In this document: one piece after another, positions 9,664-19,181 of the stretch
Position numbering within the stretch: position 1 is the stretch's first letter
Layout: every line of letters starts with the position of its first letter
From: Escherichia phage vB_EcoM_Goslar
Direction: 5' to 3' (one strand)
Length of the DNA stretch: 64,000 nucleotides
Sequence record: NC_048170.1
Translations under genes and position numbers: made by a program
The notes under the pieces: generated by a model
What the model was told of the DNA's origin: nothing
Seen by the model: the letters and a program-made list of their open reading frames with translations, nothing else
Database searches by the model: none

Positions 9664-11100
9664 TTACTTTTTCGATGACGCCTTCTCAAGAATCTTGAAA
9701 AAGGTCATACCTATACCGACAACAGCCGCGGTTATACTCGCAGCGGCTTTCCAAACATCGACGTTACGTTGACGTCGCGCTTCTTCCGCTTCACGTTGTC
9801 TTTTTGCCTCTTCATCACGTCGACGTATCTCAGCCGCAAACTCGTCATGCTTACGTTTGGCTTCTTCGTCTCGACGACGAAGTTCAGCGACGAATTCTTC
9901 ATGTTTGCGTTTAGCCTCGTCGTCACGACGTTTTAAATCAGCTTGATAATCTTCGTGTATTTGTCTACGTAGATCATCTTGACGTTTCATTTCGGCTTGG
10001 TGTTGTTCCATCCTACGTTTTTGTTCGTCTTTAAGCTGATCGAGTTCGGCTTTATGTTGTTCATCACGCAGCTTTGCGTCGGCGCGATGCGCCTCATGCA
10101 TCTGTGCGATAACTGCCTTGTGTTCATCCGCCATACGTCGCATTTCAGCCATCACCCCTTTAAGGGTTTCTTCTGATGCCTTACGTTCGTAGCTACGTTG
10201 GTCGAAATCATTTTTGTAGGCTTCTTTTTGGATGGGGTCGCGCCAATGCAATGCCGATTCACGCGTCGGAAAAACATTGTACTTCCACATCTCTTTTTCC
10301 AAATCTTCGACCGGTACGAAGACGGAGTCATTATTCCCGAAGGTAACCAACATACCTGGCGCGCCTGCTCCATTCGTTGGTTTTATTTCGAACGCTTTCC
10401 CCAACACGTTAACCCATAAGCTATACGGATTATGAAAGTCGGGCGGCGTCCAATGGATAGTGAGTTGCGTTCCGAGAATCCGGAAACCCTCTGTTTTTCC
10501 CGTCAAGCTCCGCGCGCACGTTGCGATGTAGGGGTGATCAATCCCTTTCGTAACGTGGTCTGCGCTTTTGTATTCTCCTTTAACTTTTACGATTGCCACG
10601 TTGATTTGCGCGACATAAGCGGGTTGATTAAAGTTCAACGTGTTGAGGTCAATTTGACATATTTCATCCAGCGTATCGTACCAGTCTTGCTGGTCTAATA
10701 GACGCGGCATTTTCTCTGTGTTAACAATACGACGGATATGCGGTTTCCTTATCGCGTAACCTGTGCCGTTTTTAACACGGAGTATATCCCGACGTCTACC
10801 CGCGTAGACGAAGTTTCTGAATGCACCATTCGCATTAGATACGTCATGGCTGTCAACTATTACAGGACTACGAAATTTTGAACGTCGTACGATCCTGAAT
10901 GTATTGCCGTCCTCAACCCTACCAGGAATGTACTGGAACATATTGTCGGAGGTGATAACCAACACGGTATGGCCAGATTCATTAATACATGCCCATCCTA
11001 ATTCCAGGTCATATAACGGTTCAGCATAACCGTCAATGCGATATGCGTGCGTACCATCCCACGGTTCGAACGCAGTATCACATATTGGCATGGAGGGCAT
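9664..11100 (-). CDS. hypothetical protein with charged tandem-repeat helix and C-terminal transmembrane anchor
   Basis: ORF track frame; track start is TTG, ATG at 11100 has GGAGG 6 nt upstream; three 18-aa repeats (RRRDEEAKRKH-EF-AE); hydrophobic segment AAASITAAVVGIGMTFF then KK at C-terminus. Confidence 0.8.
   Translation of the reverse strand: MPSMPICDTAFEPWDGTHAYRIDGYAEPLYDLELGWACINESGHTVLVITSDNMFQYIPGRVEDGNTFRIVRRSKFRSPVIVDSHDVSNANGAFRNFVYAGRRRDILRVKNGTGYAIRKPHIRRIVNTEKMPRLLDQQDWYDTLDEICQIDLNTLNFNQPAYVAQINVAIVKVKGEYKSADHVTKGIDHPYIATCARSLTGKTEGFRILGTQLTIHWTPPDFHNPYSLWVNVLGKAFEIKPTNGAGAPGMLVTFGNNDSVFVPVEDLEKEMWKYNVFPTRESALHWRDPIQKEAYKNDFDQRSYERKASEETLKGVMAEMRRMADEHKAVIAQMHEAHRADAKLRDEQHKAELDQLKDEQKRRMEQHQAEMKRQDDLRRQIHEDYQADLKRRDDEAKRKHEEFVAELRRRDEEAKRKHDEFAAEIRRRDEEAKRQREAEEARRQRNVDVWKAAASITAAVVGIGMTFFKILEKASSKK
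9775..9936 (-). repeat. 3 x 54-nt in-frame tandem repeat encoding the charged 18-aa repeats
   Basis: Direct codon-by-codon reading of 9664..9940; repeat units 9775..9828, 9829..9882, 9883..9936. Confidence 0.8.
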
Positions 11101-11253
11101 CGTCAACCTCCATCAGATTGAAAACTATCACGCATAATACATTTCCCTTTTTCTTGTTCTTATCAAGCCGACAGCCGACGGTTTCAGCATCGTTCCTAGC
11201 GCGAGAACGACCTTACGTGTTGTCTATGCCTTATTCATCGCAGGCGTCTGTCA

Positions 11254-11280
11254 CCTAGGTAATGTAAGCGTCAAATTTTT
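11254..11280. promoter_or_regulatory. copy of conserved intergenic motif cctaggtaatgta (candidate promoter element for gene starting at 11100)
   Basis: Shares ctaggtaatgta core with copies at 17721 and 54693; lies between a hairpin and the next minus-strand gene. Confidence 0.35.
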
Positions 11281-11309
11281 TCTATTCGCAACGATAAACG
11301 GCATAGAAA

Positions 11310-11339
11310 CCTCCCCCAACCCTTACGGGCTGAGGGAGG
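11310..11339. terminator. GC-rich hairpin (cctccc ... gggagg) downstream of major structural gene
   Basis: Inverted repeat with inner ccc-ttac-ggg; about 100 nt 3' of stop at 11439 on minus strand. Confidence 0.5.
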
Positions 11340-11438
11340 CTGACTTATGTATCACGGTGCCGGATGAATGTCCGGTGCAATGAAACCATCTGCAACGTTG
11401 TCATCAAGAATATCATCCAACGAAGCAGCTACGGTAGT

Positions 11439-13661
11439 TCAGTTAGTCTGAACCGGCAGCTTGATGTTTTCAGTGTAGACCTTACGCAGGTTCACAACGT
11501 TAATCAGACCCAGCAGCGGGCAGTTGTTAACGAAGCGGCAGCGCGGCTGAACCATGGTTTCTTTAGAAACCTGACCGTTACGGGTAACCTGAGCAACAGA
11601 TACCAGTTCCGGTACATACAGGAACATACCGAAGGTCAGCGGATCCGGAGAACCCTGGATACCACGAGACAGGGTCACGAAGATCTTATCGCGCAGCATG
11701 ACGTTCGGGTTATCTACAACCACGAAGTTGAAGCTTACACCAACGGTACGGAAATCGCCATCGGTCTGCAGGAACTGCGGGATGTAGTTGTCAGTTGCTA
11801 CTACGCAACGCGGTTTCTCATCAGCGTTGGAAGACAGCAGCTGCAGAGCTGGCTGATAACCAGACTCGGAGTACATGCGGTATGCCATCTCACGAATCAC
11901 GTTCATGATCGCAGCAGACACTTCAGCACGACGTTCTGCAGTGGTGGTACCCTGAACAGATTTCTCCAGGTCCAGATTGATTTCTTCGAACCACGGACGG
12001 ATCAGGTAACGACCGAAACCTTCGATCTGGATGTCACCGAACTGACGGAAGCGAGAGGTCGCAACCGCTTTCAGTGCGTCTTTGTAGCTGAACAGTTTCT
12101 CAACCATCAGGTTGTCGAAACGTGCGTTAGCAGCTTGGATCAGAACGTCCAGGTCAGCAGCGTTTTCTTCCCAATCCAGCGGACGAGGAATGGAGAACGG
12201 AGCCAGCAGGCCGATTGCGTAACGTTCTTGCTTCATGTTGAAGTCAAGGTGCTTACCGCGCTCACGACGGTTGCTGTTGTTACGACGGATACGCAGTTCG
12301 TAACCAACCAGTTTGAAGCTCAGGTCTTCAGCCAGTTGTTTGAACTCTTCGCTCTTACGCGGTTGTTCGATGTTGTCCTGATCAACCAGGCGATACAGTT
12401 CAGCGTTAGCGCCGTTAACACGCAGACCCGCTTTCTCTACGTTGGAAGAACCGTAAACTTCGATCGCCAGCTGAGCAGCGGATTTCGCATCGATGATGTC
12501 CTGCAGCGCTTCGGCTTTCGCACCTTTAACGTCTTTGGTGTTCTCATCAACGAAGATGGAGTGGGTGTCGAACGCCAGGGTCATTTTGCGGAAGTCGCCT
12601 TCCAGGGATTTCTGGAAACCGTTGGTGATCAGACCAGATACGTCGAACGGTACGTAAGAGGTTTTGCTGTGCTTGGTAGATTTGATTTCCACCAGGATTT
12701 TGGTCAGCGTGATCTGAGCATCCAGCGCGTCGGTGTTGTCGCTGTAACCGTTAGCCAGAATGCTGTCGTCTTCAGCGATACCGATCATGTCGATCAGTTT
12801 ATCAACAGCCAGGTAAGACGTTTTATAAGTTACGCCTTTAATTTCGATGTCGCGCGGAGCAACGATAGCTTTGTCAACGAAGTACTGCGCGTTAGCATCG
12901 TCAGCACGATAGATCGGATGCAGATCGGTCACGTCGTTGGACAGAACGTCGTTATACATGAACGCATCCAGCAGCGGACGACGTACCCAATCAGCCGGAG
13001 TACCGTCAGCGTTACGACGCAGGTGGTTGAACACCAGCGGACGACGGAAAGATACGTCGTAACCGATCTGGTTCGGAGCCAGAACGATGGTGTTGTACAG
13101 TTCGTTACCCATGCGGCTCAGACGAGAAGCCTTCACGTTGAACACGACGGAGTACGGCATCATGTCACGCAGTTCTTTCTGGTCGTAGGACAGCTGAACC
13201 AGTTCTTCAGATTCGCAACCGCAGGAATCAGCAGCCATCATGACGAAGTTAGAGCTGTCAACTTCACGACCTGACGGAGTGGTGCTGATGTTCATGGAAC
13301 GTGCTTGTTTAGCATATTCTACCGGGTTGCCATGAGCCAGCATGATCAGTGCTGCTGCACGAGCCTGCTGTGCGTTCATGGTGAACAGCTGTTCTTCAAT
13401 ACGCTGCTTCTCTTCCGGAGTGGTGGTTTCGAAGCCCAGCAAGGTCAGAACCGGTTCTTCGGCTTTACGGATGTCGCTGCTGAAGCTCTTAACATCCATT
13501 TCGTTAACCAGTTTGTCCATGGATTTGAAATCAACCTTAGAAGCAGATTCCATAGACAGGAAGGTGTTCTCCAGACCTTTGTCTGCTGGTTTGCTACCAT
13601 TAGCGGTCAGGAACTGGCGAGTGGCCGCGACCTGTTGGCTAAGAAGGGTTTTATCATTCAT
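11439..13661 (-). CDS. major virion structural protein, putative major capsid protein (740 aa); tail sheath is the alternative
   Basis: ORF track; ATG with AAGGA 8 nt upstream; strongly optimised codon usage (CTG, CGT, GGT, AAC, TTC, GAA) unlike neighbours; size matches phiKZ-type capsid proteins (recalled, not searched); 149-nt leader. Confidence 0.6.
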   Translation of the reverse strand: MNDKTLLSQQVAATRQFLTANGSKPADKGLENTFLSMESASKVDFKSMDKLVNEMDVKSFSSDIRKAEEPVLTLLGFETTTPEEKQRIEEQLFTMNAQQARAAALIMLAHGNPVEYAKQARSMNISTTPSGREVDSSNFVMMAADSCGCESEELVQLSYDQKELRDMMPYSVVFNVKASRLSRMGNELYNTIVLAPNQIGYDVSFRRPLVFNHLRRNADGTPADWVRRPLLDAFMYNDVLSNDVTDLHPIYRADDANAQYFVDKAIVAPRDIEIKGVTYKTSYLAVDKLIDMIGIAEDDSILANGYSDNTDALDAQITLTKILVEIKSTKHSKTSYVPFDVSGLITNGFQKSLEGDFRKMTLAFDTHSIFVDENTKDVKGAKAEALQDIIDAKSAAQLAIEVYGSSNVEKAGLRVNGANAELYRLVDQDNIEQPRKSEEFKQLAEDLSFKLVGYELRIRRNNSNRRERGKHLDFNMKQERYAIGLLAPFSIPRPLDWEENAADLDVLIQAANARFDNLMVEKLFSYKDALKAVATSRFRQFGDIQIEGFGRYLIRPWFEEINLDLEKSVQGTTTAERRAEVSAAIMNVIREMAYRMYSESGYQPALQLLSSNADEKPRCVVATDNYIPQFLQTDGDFRTVGVSFNFVVVDNPNVMLRDKIFVTLSRGIQGSPDPLTFGMFLYVPELVSVAQVTRNGQVSKETMVQPRCRFVNNCPLLGLINVVNLRKVYTENIKLPVQTN

Positions 13662-13810
13662 TGAAAGTATCCTTTACAGAATTAACTTATATAAGTCGGT
13701 CGATAGACCATAGCGTACACGCGTGCATGCGCCACTATAGTATCAGTAAACACTTACCGTTATTGAGGTCGTGATACAACACTAAAAATGCCGCATAACT
13801 TTTCCCTACG

Positions 13811-14431
13811 TCATAAACGACGCAGGCGATAATGGATGGAACGATTGGTGCAATATGAACGGAACAGCGGCAATTGCGCAACTTCCGCAAGACTCATATT
13901 AATTCGCAGGTGTTCAATAACGGCGCTGTAGTTATCAGCAATACGATCGCTCAATAACTCTTCTGCCAATAAAGGAAGACAATCGACAACAATCGCGATC
14001 ACATCCTCATTAACATAACGCACCCGAACACTCAACGGACGTTTGTCTGGGCTGTAAGTTGGATCCGCCAAACGACGTTCAATATCACGCGGATAGCTCG
14101 TCAGTAAATGGTAATAACCATTGTCATAACGATTGATGTACTCGCACAGCACATCAACATTCTTCTCTGGCGGCAAACCTGTTTCGTCATAGTGATACGC
14201 AAACATACCACCAAGCAGGTTGTTAAGATGAACTGCAGGGTTCGCTTGTTCGTGTTCTTTCGTGATGAAGAAAGGCACGTTTTGAGCCGCGAAATAAAAA
14301 CCTACATCATTGGGCGATAGTATGCCGAAAAGACTTTTAGGATCTAATAACACCTGTAAGTCATCACGCGCATTTCGAATGATCGCGTGTTCTACCCAAT
14401 TCGGAACGACGAGATATCGGAGTTCCTTCAT
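13811..14431 (-). CDS. hypothetical protein (206 aa)
   Basis: ORF track; ATG with AGAGGT 8 nt upstream. Confidence 0.7.
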   Translation of the reverse strand: MKELRYLVVPNWVEHAIIRNARDDLQVLLDPKSLFGILSPNDVGFYFAAQNVPFFITKEHEQANPAVHLNNLLGGMFAYHYDETGLPPEKNVDVLCEYINRYDNGYYHLLTSYPRDIERRLADPTYSPDKRPLSVRVRYVNEDVIAIVVDCLPLLAEELLSDRIADNYSAVIEHLRINMSLAEVAQLPLFRSYCTNRSIHYRLRRL

Positions 14432-14470
14432 TATGATTACCTCTTTGCAAGTATCGAAAGGATTGAGTCG

Positions 14471-16081
14471 ATGGACCCAAAACAGATAGCCATTAAGATT
14501 ATTACGTTACTGTTTCGTAATGCACAATTGAACCATCCCGATCCCAGTACGATCGAACATGTTAAATCCGTCTTAGATAAAGTCGAACCCCCGAAAAACC
14601 ATCTCGCTACAGACGTAGATAGAGAGGTTTTCAGCAACCTGATGAACACCATTCATTGGATGCTGGAACAACCGTTATCGGAACCTTTCGATAAACAACA
14701 GTTGTTACAAAGGATACGTTTAGATTGCCTTGAACAAAGCAATCTTTACGAGATTCTTGCCGACGGACTGTACGATATCGAAGACGACGCTCATATCAGT
14801 AAGGTCTGTTCGCTCTATTACAATGAATTACGTAATCTGATTACCCGTCGTCGTGTTTTCGAAACCTTTAAAAACACGTACATGGATATCAGTAACGGGC
14901 GACTTGGGGATAAAGAATTTTTCGATGCGATGGCGAATTTGAAATTATCGCTAGACAGTATCGAAATGGATACCGAAAATCCCGAAGAGATGTCGTGTAT
15001 GATTGACGGCTTTATCGCTGACAGCGAAGACGATATCGAGAAAGTTGAACGTATGTTCGTCAAAGCGATGGAACGTAACAGTCCTGAAGGTGGATTTGTA
15101 ACCGGCTGGCAAGGCTTTAATAAAATGTTGGGGTCGGTCGGTGTTTTACGTCGCGGTACCTTAGGACTGATTGGTGCAATGCAGCACCGAAACAAGTCAG
15201 GTGTGTTGTTAAAACTGTTCACGCATCTGGCACTGTACAATAAACCCCATTTCTTTTTTCCGGAGCGAGCAAAGAAAGCACTACTGATTCACTTGTCAAC
15301 AGAAAACGAAGTAGAAGAAAACACGCTTCAGATATACAAGAACATGCGAGAACAGGAAACAGGCGAATATGTCGATATTCGTAAGATTGACCCTCGCGAG
15401 GCATCACGTTATGTGTTGAAGGTGTTCAACGATGCGGGTTTCTCTGTTTGTATGCGTCGTGTTGATGGGATGAGTTATAAACAACTCGCTAATCTCATCG
15501 ACCATTTCGAACGCATGGGTTATGAAGTCATGGCGTTGTTCATTGACTATCTGAAAATGTTCTCATCGGAAGGGTTGGATAGAAATGGACCGACCGGCGC
15601 ATGGTTACAAGAACTCTTCAACAAAGTACGTAACCTCTGCAGCGTTAAACGTATTTTAGGTATGACCGTACACCAGCTGTCATCCGACGCGAAGATGCGC
15701 GCACGTGACGGTAACGATGAAGAGTTCGTTGACCAAGTCGCGGGTTTAAGTTACTGGGATGGTTGTAAAGGGATTGACCGTGAGATTGACCTCGAAGTGA
15801 TTGTTGATATCGTTAAGGAACCGGGTAAACGTCAAAGCTGGCAAGTCTTTGCGTTAGGGAAAGACCGTCAACCGGATAACGGTTCAACGAAACCTGAAGA
15901 CAAACATTTCGCGATGCCATTCCAAACCATCGGGATGCTTCCTGATGATTACGGTAAGAAAGCAGTATATTGCCGCAAGGTTGGCGGACAACCTGTCTCC
16001 GAGGGAGGTAAAGGTCCGTGGAACAAGTTCGATGAAAACGCAGCACCGAGTAATGAATTACAATTTGATTTAGAATTTTAA
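14471..16081 (+). CDS. hypothetical protein (about 536 aa)
   Basis: ORF track frame; track start 14387 is GTG and overlaps the divergent gene; in-frame ATG at 14471 has AAGGA 8 nt upstream. Confidence 0.7.
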   Translation: MDPKQIAIKIITLLFRNAQLNHPDPSTIEHVKSVLDKVEPPKNHLATDVDREVFSNLMNTIHWMLEQPLSEPFDKQQLLQRIRLDCLEQSNLYEILADGLYDIEDDAHISKVCSLYYNELRNLITRRRVFETFKNTYMDISNGRLGDKEFFDAMANLKLSLDSIEMDTENPEEMSCMIDGFIADSEDDIEKVERMFVKAMERNSPEGGFVTGWQGFNKMLGSVGVLRRGTLGLIGAMQHRNKSGVLLKLFTHLALYNKPHFFFPERAKKALLIHLSTENEVEENTLQIYKNMREQETGEYVDIRKIDPREASRYVLKVFNDAGFSVCMRRVDGMSYKQLANLIDHFERMGYEVMALFIDYLKMFSSEGLDRNGPTGAWLQELFNKVRNLCSVKRILGMTVHQLSSDAKMRARDGNDEEFVDQVAGLSYWDGCKGIDREIDLEVIVDIVKEPGKRQSWQVFALGKDRQPDNGSTKPEDKHFAMPFQTIGMLPDDYGKKAVYCRKVGGQPVSEGGKGPWNKFDENAAPSNELQFDLEF

Positions 16082-16106
16082 ACGCAAAAAAAAAGATTGT
16101 GCGGTT

Positions 16107-16138
16107 CCCTCCTCCAACCCGTAAGGGAAGGAGGAGGG
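16107..16138. terminator. GC-rich hairpin ccctcctcc-aa-ccc-GTAA-ggg-aa-ggaggaggg, bidirectional terminator candidate
   Basis: Perfect stems with GNRA-type loop between convergent genes; A9 run at 16087..16095 gives a T-run for the minus-strand transcript. Confidence 0.65.
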
Positions 16139-16154
16139 GTTATGACCGCTTTGA

Positions 16155-16481
16155 TTAACTTATTGTCATGAATTCATTAGGTGAAAATTTCCAGCCGTTC
16201 TCAGTGAGAAGCGTGTTGAGTTTCGCTGCAACGATAAGCCATGCATGCATGGCCGTTACATCGTATTGGCGATTCACTCGACGTTGGTTTTCGATATTGA
16301 TTTGCTCCTGTTCAGTGATGTTTGGATAAAGTGCGATAGCGCTAGGTTTACCCAGCGCGCTAGTCATCACCGCAGTACATTCACTGATAATGTTGTTTAA
16401 GTGGTAGTTATACACCGTTCCACGCATGACGCGATGACGGCATTCGATAATAGCGTCGTAAATGATTTCTCGAGTAATCAT
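16155..16481 (-). CDS. hypothetical protein (108 aa)
   Basis: ORF track; ATG start; no clear SD. Confidence 0.55.
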   Translation of the reverse strand: MITREIIYDAIIECRHRVMRGTVYNYHLNNIISECTAVMTSALGKPSAIALYPNITEQEQINIENQRRVNRQYDVTAMHAWLIVAAKLNTLLTENGWKFSPNEFMTIS

Positions 16482-16487
16482 GATAAT

Positions 16488-16889
16488 TTAAAACATACGG
16501 TCGTTTTTAGCACGGGCGTCCATTACCAGATCGTAGATGCCTGCGGTTCGTAAGCACTCTTCGTAGTAACGATGCGCGCCTTCATCAGCCATCCACGATA
16601 ACCCTCGGCTATCCGCAACGATAACCAGTTTGTTATTGTTGAACGCACACACCACACGGTAGGTCGCGTTGTTATTCGGATCGCGAGTGATAAGTTCGTA
16701 AACGCCGTTAACAGGTTTACTGAATTCACCGTTTAACGGGATGAGTTCGGTAGTACCTTCAGCAAACGTTACGTTGATCGGTGATGGGTCTTTAGCGATA
16801 ACAGTATATTCCACATTGTGTTCTTTACTGGTCATGATACCGAAGTAAGAACTCACAGGGGAACGCGGTACACTAAGAATATTAAACAT
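16488..16889 (-). CDS. hypothetical protein (133 aa)
   Basis: ORF track; ATG with AAGAGGA upstream. Confidence 0.65.
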   Translation of the reverse strand: MFNILSVPRSPVSSYFGIMTSKEHNVEYTVIAKDPSPINVTFAEGTTELIPLNGEFSKPVNGVYELITRDPNNNATYRVVCAFNNNKLVIVADSRGLSWMADEGAHRYYEECLRTAGIYDLVMDARAKNDRMF

Positions 16890-16943
16890 GGATGTTGTCC
16901 TCTTAATTGGATTTAGATTGTTGGGTATGGATTGGGAAATGAA

Positions 16944-17513
16944 TTAGACGATGAGTGACCAGGTGGTAAGCACCCCGCTTGCGAATTCGAGCTTAAGACG
17001 TTTACCGATAAGTTGTTGTTGGATCATCTTCTCGGTGATGCGTCGATCTTGCTGAACCGCTTTATCAAACGCTTCTTTTGCTTCAGCTTGGTAGAAGTTC
17101 GTTTCTTCGTTGTCGTCGATCTCTTCGAGAGTATCGTCGTCGATGTCGGCAAGTTTCACTCGACCGTTTTCATCAGGTTGTTCTGCAGGTTCATTGTCAT
17201 ACGGCGTGTCTTTTGTTGGTGCGACACGATGTTGCAACTCGACCTGTGTTAACATGATCTCCATCTCACCATCGATAGGAATGATTTCATCGGCGCTGCC
17301 GTTTTCGGTTAGCTCTCGACTTTCCAGTAATGTCGTGGTAACAGAGAACACCTCTTCAACAGGAACCTCGTCATCGTCGATGGTGTTAACCGTGTTGCTG
17401 GTAACTTCGGCAACGACCATCAAATCAAATGCGTGAGGGTCACCTGGCATTTTGATTCCTGGAAGTTTGTTGAGGTACCAAGGATCAAGAATCATGATTT
17501 CTGGATTAAACAT
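16944..17513 (-). CDS. hypothetical acidic protein (189 aa)
   Basis: ORF track; ATG with AGAAAGGT upstream; D/E-rich. Confidence 0.65.
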   Translation of the reverse strand: MFNPEIMILDPWYLNKLPGIKMPGDPHAFDLMVVAEVTSNTVNTIDDDEVPVEEVFSVTTTLLESRELTENGSADEIIPIDGEMEIMLTQVELQHRVAPTKDTPYDNEPAEQPDENGRVKLADIDDDTLEEIDDNEETNFYQAEAKEAFDKAVQQDRRITEKMIQQQLIGKRLKLEFASGVLTTWSLIV

Positions 17514-17720
17514 CGTATTTTTACCTTTCTATGTTAGGTGGATTGCGGATAGAAGAATCAATGCATAGATTGATCGTTCTATGTTAGAAATTATTGCCGA
17601 ACTGGTTATGGTTATAACGCGTGTTTTCGTATTCTGACGGGTCGCGTATTAATAAGGTCATGACTGTATCCTCGATTATTAAGAGAAATTTACAACGATA
17701 ACAGTAACCGCTGTTATCAT

Positions 17721-17748
17721 CTAGGTAATGTAGTCGCGAAATAAACTG
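17721..17748. promoter_or_regulatory. conserved 28-bp intergenic motif ctaggtaatgtagtcgcgaaataaactg (copy 1)
   Basis: 26/28 identical to 54694..54721; both lie about 25 nt from a hairpin, upstream of the next minus-strand gene. Confidence 0.4.
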
Positions 17749-17775
17749 GAGTAATGCGAAATAAGACAGCATAAG

Positions 17776-17807
17776 CCCTCTCCCAACCCGTAAGGGAAGG
17801 GAGAGGG
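17776..17807. terminator. GC-rich hairpin ccctctccc-aa-ccc-GTAA-ggg-aa-gggagaggg
   Basis: Perfect stems, GNRA loop; 5 nt 3' of stop of gene 17812..19179. Confidence 0.6.
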
Positions 17808-17811
17808 AATA

Positions 17812-19179
17812 TTAAACGGTTGGACGAACGGTGTTGTCTTTTTCTGGTGCAAGCCATAACGTGACCGTACCATGGCATGTCCACTGTGGTTCACGTACAG
17901 AAGAACCTGCCATCGTAACAGCACAATCGGTACGCATGATAACCCCGTATGCTTCGCAGAGATTGTTATCCTGCATCCACACAACTTTAGCAGGCATGCC
18001 GGGATACAACAAATCCATGTTTGCGTATTCCCACACCAACTGCATTGTTCTACCGCGTAATCCAGCAGTATTGCTTAATTCACGCCATCGGTTATCGGTT
18101 ACGCGTCCCATCCCTTTCGCCACCTTCACGTTATCGCCACGTTCTTCAGTTACGTACTCGCTAACGTTTACAGTACGACTGATTATTGTATCGCCCCCTT
18201 TTGATAACGTCATTCCCTGGCTCATCTGACTTGCCGAAACAAAACGCCCACCCGCATTACCTAACAACGAAGCCGCGTTATTGATGTCGCTTACCGACGC
18301 CCCTCTCGTACATGCAATTTCCACGTATTTGTCACGATTGATCCAGGTCTTGTCCATGCCCGGAAACATATCGGCAGGATAGTTGTAAAAGATAGCCGTG
18401 CGCCGACCATCAGAAAAACGGGTTTCGTCATAGAGAGGATAAATATACAGATACGGAGATTGATAATAACAACCGACGTCCGCTGAATAAATACCGACCT
18501 GGTTCTGGATTTTGTCTACGAGATCCATTGCGTTGGTACCGTGCGGAAGAATAAGCAACTTGAACAGGTTGTCGTTATTCGGTGCAACAATATCCACACC
18601 CTGCATTTTGAATCCGGTGTCAGCTTCAACCGCAGAAAGTATCTTGCTGAATTCGAGCCGTAACACATCCAGCACTTTCGACCCGGTATAGTTCTCACCG
18701 GTTTCTGATTGCATGAAGCTTTCAAGAACAGGATCGAACAGTTGAAATTGAAGGTCGACCATTTGTTCGTAGTCTTTCTTCGAAGAATCGGTTGCGGTAC
18801 GTTCGTCGGTAGCAGACATACGACTGTCTACGGTTGTTAAACAAACCGCCCGGTAGACATAAGCCTGTGTGGCATCGTCTACGGTTTGGCGTTGTCCACG
18901 CATCAGGCTGTACGCCTGCACGATGATGCGCATTTTAAGTTGTTGTTGGTACGGTAGAATGTATTTTCCGTAACTGCCGGGCGGGAACTTTACAGAGATA
19001 TAAAGTTCATCTCCTGCGTTACGTTCATAGTCTCGATACGTGTGGACTTGAGTCACTAAAGGAACAGACACCGTCATTGACGGCGTGATTAATTCCGCGG
19101 TGACTTTATACGCAACAGCAACTGCTTCCTGCGCAAATGTACCGATATACCGTCCTAACGGCGTCTGTTTGTAATCCAT
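17812..19179 (-). CDS. hypothetical virion protein (455 aa)
   Basis: ORF track; ATG start. Confidence 0.8.
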   Translation of the reverse strand: MDYKQTPLGRYIGTFAQEAVAVAYKVTAELITPSMTVSVPLVTQVHTYRDYERNAGDELYISVKFPPGSYGKYILPYQQQLKMRIIVQAYSLMRGQRQTVDDATQAYVYRAVCLTTVDSRMSATDERTATDSSKKDYEQMVDLQFQLFDPVLESFMQSETGENYTGSKVLDVLRLEFSKILSAVEADTGFKMQGVDIVAPNNDNLFKLLILPHGTNAMDLVDKIQNQVGIYSADVGCYYQSPYLYIYPLYDETRFSDGRRTAIFYNYPADMFPGMDKTWINRDKYVEIACTRGASVSDINNAASLLGNAGGRFVSASQMSQGMTLSKGGDTIISRTVNVSEYVTEERGDNVKVAKGMGRVTDNRWRELSNTAGLRGRTMQLVWEYANMDLLYPGMPAKVVWMQDNNLCEAYGVIMRTDCAVTMAGSSVREPQWTCHGTVTLWLAPEKDNTVRPTV

Positions 19180-19181
19180 GT

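Noticed and set aside
11364-13274. 636-aa ORF on the plus strand opposite the 740-aa structural gene, and similar long antisense ORFs at 5337..6176, 6489..7220, 23825..24472, 25460..26332 and 32585..33112
   Set aside because: Each is fully embedded antisense to a longer ORF with better start context. Translations are low-complexity (V/R/F/T-rich). These are typical shadow ORFs of a codon-biased gene.
13662-13810. Sigma-70-type promoter upstream of the major structural gene
   Set aside because: No convincing TTGACA/TATAAT pair at proper spacing. Only TATG-containing motifs were seen, consistent with phage-polymerase promoters, so no host-type promoter is called.
17584-17772. Small ORFs 17584..17772 (62 aa) and 54635..54817 (60 aa) sharing an N-terminal peptide (LLxQFISRLHYL)
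   Set aside because: The shared peptide comes entirely from the conserved 28-bp intergenic DNA motif. The remaining sequence is unrelated and the ORFs overlap the hairpin modules, so the conservation is at DNA level and regulatory, not protein-coding.
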